Assembly (NCBI GenBank): GCA_011125455.1
Contig: VKHO01000025.1
Location: forward strand, 138,724 to 202,723
From: Chlamydiales bacterium STE3
GTDB lineage: Bacteria; Chlamydiota; Chlamydiia; Chlamydiales; Parachlamydiaceae
Reading direction: 5' to 3'
DNA length: 64,000 bases
Under the pieces are notes generated by a model. It had not been told where the DNA came from. It saw nothing but the letters and a program-made list of their open reading frames with translations, and did no database searches. Positions 1 through 8,191 of this stretch are shown piece by piece; the stretch's first letter is position 1, and every line of letters starts with the position of its first letter. Both the position numbers and the translations under genes were made by a program.

Positions 1-595
1 GAATATTGGCAATGTAGGTCATGGGATCAAAGTGATGGTTTCGACTTGAAACGTAGATATTATTGACATCGAGCATCATGTAGATGCCTGCTTTATCCAC
101 AATGGTAGAATAAAATTCCCACTCAGCCATTTCATCTTGTTTGAAGGTCACATAAGACGAGAGGTTTTCTAAAGCAAAAGGAAGCTCTAAGTAATCCTGA
201 ACAATCCGTGCGCGCTCTGCTACAAAATCTATAACTTCTTTTGTGTAGGGGAGGGGAAGTAAATCGTGGTAGTGAGCACCTGGAGCCCTCCCCCAGCAAA
301 GATGATCCGAGACCCAAGGCGTTTTTGTTTTTTTAGTCAGCTCCTTCAAACGCTTGAGGTAATTAAAATCAAGAGGAGCCGGGCTCCCTATAGCGAGGGA
401 GACCCCATGTTGCACAACTTTATAGCGATCGAGGATTCTTTCCAGGTTTTCAAGAGGCTTTCCTCCTTCGACCATAAAATTTTCACTGATGATTTCAAAC
501 CAATCGATTGCCGGTTGATGGGTAAATATCTCTTCATAATGCGGGACGCGCAGGCCGATTCCGATACCTAAATTGGGGAGTTTTGGCAATGTCAT
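1..595 (-). CDS. DUF692 family (MNIO, MbnB/TglH/BufB-like) RiPP-modifying oxidase; partial, C-terminus beyond window edge
   Basis: Minus-strand translation from the ATG at 595..593 reads MTLPKLPNLGIGIGLRVPHYEEIFTHQPAIDWFEIISENFMVEGG... and stays open to position 1 (about 198 aa present). GIGxGLR...H...WFEIxSEN is the characteristic DUF692 TIM-barrel N-terminus. The track ORFs 132..317(-) and 266..571(+) lie inside it in other frames. Confidence 0.8.
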   Translation of the reverse strand, partial: MTLPKLPNLGIGIGLRVPHYEEIFTHQPAIDWFEIISENFMVEGGKPLENLERILDRYKVVQHGVSLAIGSPAPLDFNYLKRLKELTKKTKTPWVSDHLCWGRAPGAHYHDLLPLPYTKEVIDFVAERARIVQDYLELPFALENLSSYVTFKQDEMAEWEFYSTIVDKAGIYMMLDVNNIYVSSRNHHFDPMTYIANI

Positions 596-605
596 AGATT
601 AAGAA

Positions 606-1031
606 TTATTGTGTGGCTTTAGCCCTTTTTTTAGCCATTTTGTCGGCTACTAATTTTACAGCTTCGTTCTTATCATCGACAGAACAAGTGCTTTGCCCTT
701 TGCAAGAACCCTGTCCTTGGCAAGAATTTTTTTCTGTTTTGCAGCGATTCAATCCTGCGCATTCGTTAAAGCCACTGCAGTATTGACTCGCAACTCGGCG
801 AGCCAATAGCTTGCCTTCTGCATCTAAGCTAGTATACGTTTTCTTTCCTTCCGCATTTAGCTCTTTTAACAGCTCTTCTTCAGGGATCACACGACCATTG
901 ATTAGTCCTGTAATTGCATCAGAAGCACTATTAGAAGATGGGGGTGGAGTGACAGCTTGAGCTTGCTCCACGCTTAGCAACCCGCCGACTAATCCGAGTA
1001 AGGCCAGGTTTTTTAGCGATTTTTTTTTCAT
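606..1031 (-). CDS. Secreted Cys-motif precursor peptide, bufferin (DUF2282/BUF_6Cys)-like, immediately upstream of the MNIO gene
   Basis: 141 aa with a Sec signal peptide (MKKKSLKNLALLGLVGGLLSVEQAQA). The C-terminal core holds 6 Cys in the motifs YCSGF, NECAG, NRCK, NSCQGQG, GSCKGQS and STCS, resembling the C(F/Y)G, N(D/E)CAG and (S/T)CxGxS motifs of DUF2282 bufferin precursors. The stop lies 10 nt from the DUF692 start, and a GGGAAA RBS precedes the gene. Confidence 0.65.
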   Translation of the reverse strand: MKKKSLKNLALLGLVGGLLSVEQAQAVTPPPSSNSASDAITGLINGRVIPEEELLKELNAEGKKTYTSLDAEGKLLARRVASQYCSGFNECAGLNRCKTEKNSCQGQGSCKGQSTCSVDDKNEAVKLVADKMAKKRAKATQ

Positions 1032-1113
1032 AAAATTTCCCGACGTTAAAGATTGTTATAATGGCCCCATTAGATCTGAGGTCTAAATATTTTGTTCTGT
1101 GCCACCTGTAAGT

Positions 1114-1141
1114 AAAAAAAGGGGCTGTACTAAGACAGCCC
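1114..1141 (-). terminator. Rho-independent terminator (hairpin GGGCTGTCTTAGTACAGCCC plus T7 run on the minus strand) between the two precursor-like genes
   Basis: Perfect stem gggctgt/acagccc at 1121..1141 is preceded on the plus strand by AAAAAAA, which is a T-run on the minus strand. Confidence 0.55.
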
Positions 1142-1164
1142 ATAAAATAGCGGTATCAATTCCT

Positions 1165-1623
1165 CTAGCCTTCATCTGCAGCTAAGTAGTGATCTTGCTG
1201 TATTGAAGAAGGGTAGCTTGTTGATGGATTGTTATAGGAAGGTTCCTCTTGCATTTGGCCTTGTTGGGTTGTTCCTTGGTTTGGATTTACACTTCTATAA
1301 TTTCCACTTTGTGTAGGTGTTCCCGCTTTGTGGTAATTACTGCTACCCGTGCTGCCTGTCGCGCCGGTACTGTATGGGTTATTGCTACCTGATTGATAAC
1401 CACTTTGTCCACTGTAATCGGCGTTGTCTGAAGTGTAATCTGGGTATTGAGGTTGTTTTGGTTTATTCCCTCCACAAGAACCAGCACCACATTTACCTGC
1501 TAAGTATTGTTCGTAGTTATTCGCTTCGCCCTCTTGCACGTCAGCTGTCAAAGACTGAGATCCAATTAGTGAGCCTGCAGCCATTCCCATTAACACAAGC
1601 TTAGTGAAATCACGTTTGTCCAT
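1165..1623 (-). CDS. Secreted protein with an AGKCG-AGSCG double Cys motif and a long Q/N/S/Y/G-rich low-complexity tail; possible second MNIO substrate
   Basis: 152 aa with signal peptide MDKRDFTKLVLMGMAAGSLIGSQSLTA, then LAGKCGAGSCGGNK, which resembles the EGKCG repeats of oxazolin/HvfA-type MNIO substrates. The rest is low-complexity SGYQSGSNNPYSTGATGSTGSSNY... sequence. Confidence 0.55.
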   Translation of the reverse strand: MDKRDFTKLVLMGMAAGSLIGSQSLTADVQEGEANNYEQYLAGKCGAGSCGGNKPKQPQYPDYTSDNADYSGQSGYQSGSNNPYSTGATGSTGSSNYHKAGTPTQSGNYRSVNPNQGTTQQGQMQEEPSYNNPSTSYPSSIQQDHYLAADEG

Positions 1624-1762
1624 TATAATCTCCTTTGAATTTGATAATCGCTTAAGGGTCTAAAAGCTGTTTTTAACTATCATTAAAAATCTTGCGTCTA
1701 AAGGCTTGTTTTTTAACATAAAATTAAAAGCTCGTCTTTTAAACACTTTGTAGATAAGAAAC

Positions 1763-1789
1763 CCCTTACTCTACTGTAGGTGAAGGGGA
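1763..1789 (-). terminator. Hairpin terminator downstream of the DUF302 operon (minus strand)
   Basis: ccccttac...gtgaagggg inverted repeat followed on the minus strand by TTTCTTATC. Confidence 0.4.
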
Positions 1790-1914
1790 TTTCTTCCTTT
1801 GAAAGGTAGATGTAGCACTATTTTTAAACTTTAGCAAGAAATTTTTTGGATCGATTTTTTTATAAATTAACAGCTGTCTAAATCTGGCAAATCCTTAGAA
1901 CGCACTATCCATTG

Positions 1915-2331
1915 CTATAGTCTTTGCCAGATTTCATAGACTTGGCCGTTTTGTGCTTGAAACGTCTTTGGGCGTTCTGCGGCTTGTCCTGGAATAGAAA
2001 AAATGGCCTTTAAAATATCGTGATCTAACTCGAGAATGCCTTTAAAAGGTTTCCCTGCAAAAGGGCCCGTCGCAGGAATGAGATCGATTGCATGGGGTTG
2101 CTCTTTAAGGTTGAGAGTGATGGCCCCATGATCGCTTTTAGGAAAACCTCCCATATAGTTTCCATAAGAAAGTTCTCCCCATGCCAACTTGAAGTGTTCT
2201 AAGTCGGGAAATTCATAGATAAATTTATCAAAAATAGGTGGTGGCAACCAAATGCCATTGAGTTGGCATCCAATCACTTTCCATTTTCCTTCCAGATGAA
2301 AATCTGCTTTTTTATTCATATTATTCCTCAA
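1915..2331 (-). CDS. Hypothetical protein (138 aa), operonic with the DUF302 gene
   Basis: ORF overlaps the stop of the upstream DUF302 gene by 11 nt. No recognisable catalytic motif. Confidence 0.5.
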   Translation of the reverse strand: MRNNMNKKADFHLEGKWKVIGCQLNGIWLPPPIFDKFIYEFPDLEHFKLAWGELSYGNYMGGFPKSDHGAITLNLKEQPHAIDLIPATGPFAGKPFKGILELDHDILKAIFSIPGQAAERPKTFQAQNGQVYEIWQRL

Positions 2332-2713
2332 GTGTAGAAGTTAGTTGGTGGAGGGCCTTACTCATATTTTTTAAGGTTTCGCTATTTTTGGTAATTCCAT
2401 AAGCTTTTTCTAAAAAGAGGGGATCTAGATAAGCAACCTGGGTGCCTTTTTCCTCATCGTGCCAAACAAGAATTTTCAAGGGGAGCTCTAATCCTATTAG
2501 AGGGTTTTCCTGCATAAGAGCCGTACCCACTTTAGGATTGCCAAAAATAATCAACCTCTCTTCTGCAAGTTCAAGATGGGCAATTTTGGCCTCTTCTGAA
2601 TGGTCAATAACGGCAAAAAGTGTCGCCTCTTTGCTTGCTAGGATGGCTGTAATTTTATCAATTGTTTCCGAAACTGAAAGAAAACTATTTTTAATTACAA
2701 TAGAACGGTTCAT
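2321..2713 (-). CDS. DUF302 domain protein
   Basis: 130 aa. The FAVIDHSEEA...IFGNPKVGTALM...LPLKILVWHDEEKGTQVAYLDP pattern is typical of DUF302. Confidence 0.7.
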   Translation of the reverse strand: MNRSIVIKNSFLSVSETIDKITAILASKEATLFAVIDHSEEAKIAHLELAEERLIIFGNPKVGTALMQENPLIGLELPLKILVWHDEEKGTQVAYLDPLFLEKAYGITKNSETLKNMSKALHQLTSTLEE

Positions 2714-2852
2714 CGTCTCCCTCCTCTCTTAGACCTCTTTGATCGGAAATTAAAATAGTTTTAGTTTTTCTGTCAAATTATTATTATAATTATTTCCCTC
2801 GATTTTTATGAAGTAAAGGGATATAATTTAAAATTATTAATTTTTTAAAGTA

Positions 2853-4079
2853 ATGAGATCTATGAGGACTGAGCGCTCAATTCTTGTTTCCGTGACTTTG
2901 CTTTGGATAGGACACTTTTTCGTCGATTTTATGCTTGGTATATGGCCGGTTTATAAAACGATGGCTGGCTTAGACATTGCTGTTGCAGGAACAATTGCTG
3001 CTTGCTGCGCATTCCTTGGCGAGGGGATGCAGCTGTTGTTCGGAGGGCTCTGTGATAAAGGTTTCAAAAAAAGACTTATTTTATTTGGCCTTTTTTTCAC
3101 CTCAGCGAACGTACTCCTTATCTTTACGGAAAATTATTTCATTCTTTTTGCCCTTTTTTTCCTAACGTGTATGGGGTCTGGAGCATTTCATCCTGCCGCC
3201 ACGGCCTTAGTTGGAGGCTTCACTGAAAATAGAAAAAGTTTTTATATCGCTCTATTTTCTTCCGGTGGTGCGCTTGGACTTGCTGTTAGTCAGATTATCT
3301 ATTCAAATTTGCTGACTACGCTACAAAACCATGTGGTGCTTATCGCTGCCCCCTCTCTTTTACTCGTCCTGTTCCTTCTGCTGTTTGGCTATTTTAAAAG
3401 AGAAGATGAGGCACGATCCAAAACAGCTCCGTTCACAACTAAAAATTTTAAATATTTCTTTAAAAATAGAGAGCTCCTCTCGTTATATGTTAACCAAGTG
3501 TGTAACCAAACTATCGCATGGGCTGCCATTTTTTTGCTTCCAGATGTGTTAGTTAGCAGGGGTTACAGTAGCACCATCTCTTTTGGAGGAGGGCATTTAG
3601 CTTTTATCATTGGAAGCGCTATTATGATGATTCCAAGCGGATACTTGGCAGACAAGTACTCTTCGCAGCGCATAATGTTGATTGCTACATTTGTTGGCAT
3701 GATTCTTTTTTACACTTTTCTTTTTTCACCGCGTTTAGAAACAACACCTCTTCTTGTCATTCTTTTTTTCATGGGTGCAGCAATTGGGGTCATTCAACCG
3801 GTCGCTGTAGCATTTGGAAATATCTTATGCAAGAGCAATCCTGGGATGGTCAGTGCCTTTTTAATGGGAATGGTTTGGTGTGTGTCCGAATTCTTAGGTC
3901 CTGCGGGTGGGGGGCTGTTAACAAAATGTTTTGTAGAGGATGCTCCTGCTAAAGCACTAAGCTTAATTGGTGTTTTATTTATCGTGAGTTTGGTTGCTAC
4001 GTCCCTATTGCCTAGGAGGGAAACAGAAATCTTTTCAACTCAAAAGACTATTGCAAGTTTTAATATGAACACTGTTTAG
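2853..4079 (+). CDS. MFS transporter
   Basis: 408 aa with about 12 predicted TM helices and Gly-rich inter-helix loops typical of the major facilitator superfamily. Confidence 0.7.
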   Translation: MRSMRTERSILVSVTLLWIGHFFVDFMLGIWPVYKTMAGLDIAVAGTIAACCAFLGEGMQLLFGGLCDKGFKKRLILFGLFFTSANVLLIFTENYFILFALFFLTCMGSGAFHPAATALVGGFTENRKSFYIALFSSGGALGLAVSQIIYSNLLTTLQNHVVLIAAPSLLLVLFLLLFGYFKREDEARSKTAPFTTKNFKYFFKNRELLSLYVNQVCNQTIAWAAIFLLPDVLVSRGYSSTISFGGGHLAFIIGSAIMMIPSGYLADKYSSQRIMLIATFVGMILFYTFLFSPRLETTPLLVILFFMGAAIGVIQPVAVAFGNILCKSNPGMVSAFLMGMVWCVSEFLGPAGGGLLTKCFVEDAPAKALSLIGVLFIVSLVATSLLPRRETEIFSTQKTIASFNMNTV

Positions 4080-4446
4080 AAAGGATAGCCCCTTTTCTCC
4101 TGTCCTTATCCACTATTTCTCTAGAACTTTCTTTTTTGTTTTTTTTTGGACAGAGTTTTTTTGAAGATGTGCTAAGCGTAGTTTTTGTTGCATAGCTTAA
4201 AGGTTTCTAAGGTGGTCTTAATGCTAGGCAGTAAGATTTAAGCTTACACAAAAAAGACAGCTTGAAAAAAGGACGACAAGTGTGCAAGGAGCCTTTTAAA
4301 AGAGTGTTTATCTAATTAGAAGTATGTGAAGTAGTTCTTAATCAAAGTTAGATTATTTTAATGGCAAAAAATTAGGGTAGTTGATTAAGAATGAAGGAGA
4401 GAAACTTGAATAAGAATTTAACTTTGAAAAAAGTAAGGTCATTAAA

Positions 4447-4728
4447 ATGAAGGCTTTTTGCTGGCACTGTGCAGAAGAAATCCAAGATTTACCTAAACAG
4501 ATTCCCTTTAGACTAACATGTCCTCATTGTGATACTTACTTACACTGCTGCTCCAATTGTAGCCATTACCAGCCAGGGCGTTCCAACGATTGCAAAATTC
4601 CTGGAACAGATTGGGTTGCAGATCGACAAGGGATCAACTTCTGCGAAGATTTTGTCCTTTTGGGAAAGGCATCGCCGCCCAAAAAAAGCCATCTTGATAA
4701 CGTTTCTAAAAGATTATTTGGAGAGTAA
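4447..4728 (+). CDS. Small Cys-rich zinc-ribbon-like protein
   Basis: 93 aa with CWHC, CPHC and CCSNC clusters. The stop overlaps the start of the fasciclin gene (TAAATG). Confidence 0.5.
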   Translation: MKAFCWHCAEEIQDLPKQIPFRLTCPHCDTYLHCCSNCSHYQPGRSNDCKIPGTDWVADRQGINFCEDFVLLGKASPPKKSHLDNVSKRLFGE

Positions 4729-5223
4729 ATGAAAAAAGCCCTTTTCAACCTTCTGAGCTTTATTTTTTGTATTCCTGTCCTCTGCAGTGCAGAGAACCCT
4801 TATGTTAAAGAAGAGGTTTTGACTGTTGTCGATGTCATGACTCTTGAGCCTAATTTCTCTCATTTTATCACTTTGTTAAATGTTGCACATTTAACCCATT
4901 TTTTAGAAGATGAGGGTCCTTTTACAATTTTTGCTCCGACCAATTCTGCATTCGATGCTCTCCCTAAAGGGACCTGGAGCGAGTTCTTAAAACCACAAAA
5001 TTTTACCACATTACAAAAATTTTTGAAGGAGCACATTATTGCAAAAAAAGTAATGTCTCCAAATTTGAAAGCTTTTGAATTACAAACAATTAGTGGCAAA
5101 CAACTCGAAGCTCAAGTGAACGATGGCATCGTTACGATTAACGGTGCACAGATTGTCATCCCTAATAGACAGGGGGCCAACGGTGTCGTCCATGGAATCA
5201 GCTCATTGATGCCTCAAAAATAA
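4729..5223 (+). CDS. Fasciclin (FAS1) domain protein, secreted
   Basis: Signal peptide followed by the FTIFAPTNSAF fasciclin H1 box and a C-terminal GVVHGISSLM H2-like box. Confidence 0.75.
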   Translation: MKKALFNLLSFIFCIPVLCSAENPYVKEEVLTVVDVMTLEPNFSHFITLLNVAHLTHFLEDEGPFTIFAPTNSAFDALPKGTWSEFLKPQNFTTLQKFLKEHIIAKKVMSPNLKAFELQTISGKQLEAQVNDGIVTINGAQIVIPNRQGANGVVHGISSLMPQK

Positions 5224-5233
5224 GGAATTTTCT

Positions 5234-6226
5234 ATGACTTTTTTTTCTAATTGCCTTGAACTCGTTAAATCGATCGTTCCGCTAAATAGAAATCAGGACG
5301 AGGCTAAGGTAAAAAATAAACAAGAGAAAGTTAAGCTAAGAGATTTTCAAGATAGGTTAATTTATGAATCTATGCTTGAGATCCTTAATAGCTTAAACTC
5401 CATTAGTTTTAGGTCTTTTGAATTTTGCTATGCAATTCAAGGCTATTACAATGGACATGATGTGTGGGCTTTAAAGCTACATCGTAATCACTCCCCGACA
5501 TTTGTATCTCCCACCATAAATATTTCTGATGATTCGTGGCCAGCCTTTGCTGCCAGTTTGGACAGGCCAGAAACAAGGACACATGTTGGATCGAACTTTT
5601 ATACAACAACCATCACCCGCCATGTCTGCGATATAAAACTTGTCGGCTTGAATGCTTTTCCAGGTGAAGGAAAATGCTGGCTAGCGGGAGACACTTTTAG
5701 GACAAATTCTCACGATTTAAATCGAGATACTTGGCAATGGATTGTGAATCAATCATTTGCCAGCATGAGTTCTACAATAAAGTCACTTGCAAAGGCTACC
5801 CTTCAGGGGTTTGAGGATTACGATAAGATCTACGATAAAAGCACTAACTATCTCTCTAGGAGAAGATCGTTGACAGGCGAAGAGTTGCAACTGCAAGTGA
5901 GATTGAAAGTGATCGTTGCAGAAATTTTAATGAAAAATAAAGACTTAAAAACTCATTTTGAGCGCTTGAAGATGGTTGAAAATACCGATAATGAAACATT
6001 TAAATCTTCCCCCTTACTCGATCTAGCAACGAGAATCGCGATAGTACAAAGCATTTCCAAGGGGGAAGAAATACCTGAAGGGGGGATGGATTTTTCTTCT
6101 TATTGGGGGATCTGCGGAAAGATTAAGAATATTCCTGTTATCAGCAAGTTAATAGAAGAGAGTAAGGACTATATAGTTGGAGATAGCTATGATGAATTTA
6201 TGGCCAACAAGCAACTAAAAAAATAA
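5234..6226 (+). CDS. Hypothetical protein, paralog A of a tandem pair
   Basis: 330 aa. The C-terminus (EIPEGGMDFSSYWGICGKIKNIPVISKL) is shared with the next gene. Confidence 0.55.
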   Translation: MTFFSNCLELVKSIVPLNRNQDEAKVKNKQEKVKLRDFQDRLIYESMLEILNSLNSISFRSFEFCYAIQGYYNGHDVWALKLHRNHSPTFVSPTINISDDSWPAFAASLDRPETRTHVGSNFYTTTITRHVCDIKLVGLNAFPGEGKCWLAGDTFRTNSHDLNRDTWQWIVNQSFASMSSTIKSLAKATLQGFEDYDKIYDKSTNYLSRRRSLTGEELQLQVRLKVIVAEILMKNKDLKTHFERLKMVENTDNETFKSSPLLDLATRIAIVQSISKGEEIPEGGMDFSSYWGICGKIKNIPVISKLIEESKDYIVGDSYDEFMANKQLKK

Positions 6227-6318
6227 CCATTCTGCATTGCAAAATAGTAAATACTTGAAAGATATTAGGATCCTAAGCGACGGTGCCATTTCATGGCACC
6301 ACTTTAAAATAAGGAGTA

Positions 6319-7182
6319 TTGATGATCCCTGCTGTAAATTGGCTAAATCCTTTTTCTCGAAGGCAAAAACAGCTTGACCCTGTCCAGAAGATTCAGCTTG
6401 ATGCGACTTCTCAAGTTGTACAAAGAGTTCTTAAACAGGTTAAAGTCAATAGCGATCCCTGCTACCTTATCGAATGTCTATGTGAAGATCGCAAAATTTA
6501 TCTTATAAAAGTGCATCCAGAAAGCGATCCCTATTTTGTGGCAAAGCACATGTCTTGCTCAGCCTCTCCTTGGAAAGTTTTTATCAAAAGCATTCTCTAT
6601 AATACTGATTTGCCAATCCCTAAGATCCGAGAAGGGGCCCTTGTACACCCAGTTTCTGTGTCTCAATTTCCAAAAATGCTTTTACCCCAAAAGACATACG
6701 TTTTTGATCCTCCAGCAACACTCAAATTCACTGCCCAGAATTTTCCTGTGATGAGTAAAGAAGAATGGCAAGCAAAAGTGGAAGATTTATTCATCTTTAT
6801 GGAGGAAGAGGCACAGCAAAAAGCCAAAGCATACTTAGATGAAATCAATCACATTGAAAACTTTGTGTCCGAGGAAAAGAAGGAAATGGATCCAAACCCC
6901 TATTTTCAGTTTTCAGGTGAAAAAGAACGATTTTATCAGGGGATAACGAAGCTTGTCTTAAACGTGCTTAAACAGGATATTTTTAGAAGCCAATACAATA
7001 CTCTTGAAACTTTAGATAGAGATCATCGACTTATTGAAATTGTGACAAGGCGTGTTGTCGCGGAATCTGATGAGCCTTCTAAAGGTTGTGGTGACTTTTC
7101 AAGATACTACAAAAAGACAGGGAAAATTAAAAAATCCTTTCTCAAGCAGTTCAATGCTTATCAACAAGCAGAAAGCGGTTGA
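6319..7182 (+). CDS. Hypothetical protein, paralog B of a tandem pair
   Basis: 287 aa. The C-terminus (DEPSKGCGDFSRYYKKTGKIKKSFLKQF) is homologous to the preceding gene. Confidence 0.55.
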   Translation: MMIPAVNWLNPFSRRQKQLDPVQKIQLDATSQVVQRVLKQVKVNSDPCYLIECLCEDRKIYLIKVHPESDPYFVAKHMSCSASPWKVFIKSILYNTDLPIPKIREGALVHPVSVSQFPKMLLPQKTYVFDPPATLKFTAQNFPVMSKEEWQAKVEDLFIFMEEEAQQKAKAYLDEINHIENFVSEEKKEMDPNPYFQFSGEKERFYQGITKLVLNVLKQDIFRSQYNTLETLDRDHRLIEIVTRRVVAESDEPSKGCGDFSRYYKKTGKIKKSFLKQFNAYQQAESG

Positions 7183-7209
7183 TGTTTCCTTCGATAGATA
7201 AAAGCGTAA

Positions 7210-7228
7210 GGGCATTTTAAATGCCCTC
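7210..7228. terminator. Bidirectional hairpin between convergent genes
   Basis: agggcatttaaatgccct perfect palindrome between the 3' ends of 6319..7182(+) and rsmD(-). Confidence 0.45.
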
Positions 7229-7272
7229 TAAGGGTGATTTATCGTACAATTGAAGGGTTAATAAAACCTTCT

Positions 7273-7833
7273 TTATGGTGCCATCTTTTGGTACTGATGA
7301 AGAAAGGAAGGACCGGCATGTCGCTCGCTAATTAAGCGTATAGTTTGCAACTTTTCGATCGGGTGCTTAGGAAGCACATCCTCAATAAAAAGCATCCCAT
7401 CTGTTTTTAAGAGAGGGGTTTTATCAAAAAATTGCAAAAGAAACAGGGAAGGAGCCTTTTCTTGAGTGTAGGGAGCATCTGCAAAGACAATGTCGAAAGG
7501 TGCTCTTGGTGCTAATTGATCTAATAACCGGAAAATATCCCCTTTTAAAATATTTGTTCTCGATTCTAACTGCAATGCCTTTGCATTGGCTTGGATACAG
7601 GAGATGGCTTCACGGCTGTTATCGATAAAAGTTACCTGGTCAGCCCCTCTGCTTAACGCTTCTAACCCCATAGCGCCGGAGCCTGCATAGAGATCTAAAA
7701 AGGTTGCTTCTTCGATATAGTGCTGGACAATATTAAAAAGAGCTTCCCGAAGTCGTGAGGAGGTGGGCCGAGTGGCAGCACCTTTCGGAGCCTGGATTTT
7801 GCGGCCTCGGCATTTACCGCTGATGATTTGCAT
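7273..7833 (-). CDS. rsmD: 16S rRNA (guanine966-N2)-methyltransferase RsmD
   Basis: MQIISGKCRGRKIQAPKGAATRPTSSRLREALFNIV N-terminus, a DLYAGSGAMGLEA SAM-binding motif and an FADAPY substrate motif. Confidence 0.85.
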   Translation of the reverse strand: MQIISGKCRGRKIQAPKGAATRPTSSRLREALFNIVQHYIEEATFLDLYAGSGAMGLEALSRGADQVTFIDNSREAISCIQANAKALQLESRTNILKGDIFRLLDQLAPRAPFDIVFADAPYTQEKAPSLFLLQFFDKTPLLKTDGMLFIEDVLPKHPIEKLQTIRLISERHAGPSFLHQYQKMAP

Positions 7834-8191
7834 ACGATCGTCCTAATTTGACAGGATGGCTCCTCTGCTTAGAGGCTTCTTCAAAAACTTGCACCAAACA
7901 ATCTCCTATTGACCGTTTTCTTGGATGAATAAAATTGCATGAAAGGAACATCTAAATAAGTGAGAATCTGGCATTGAACGACATCTATATTATTATCAAA
8001 CGCCATTTTATAAAACTCCATTTTTCTCTAAAAAAACAAAAGGAGGGAAGAAAACTTGAAATGGGTCAAGAGTTATAGTCGTTTTGAAACCTTTTTAGGT
8101 CATCAATACTTGTGATCTGCCATCGATGGCGATCTACATTAGTTTTTAAAAGAAAGGACTTTTCCTTTCTAAAAAGTGAAGCTAGAAAAGC

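Noticed and set aside
132-571. Track ORFs 132..317(-) and 266..571(+)
   Set aside because: Both lie inside the long minus-strand DUF692 reading frame, which has a clear conserved N-terminus. They are shadow ORFs.
1287-1604. ORFs 1287..1490(-) and 1317..1604(+) overlapping the second precursor-like gene
   Set aside because: They are alternative frames of a low-complexity region. The frame with the signal peptide and Cys motifs is the coherent one.
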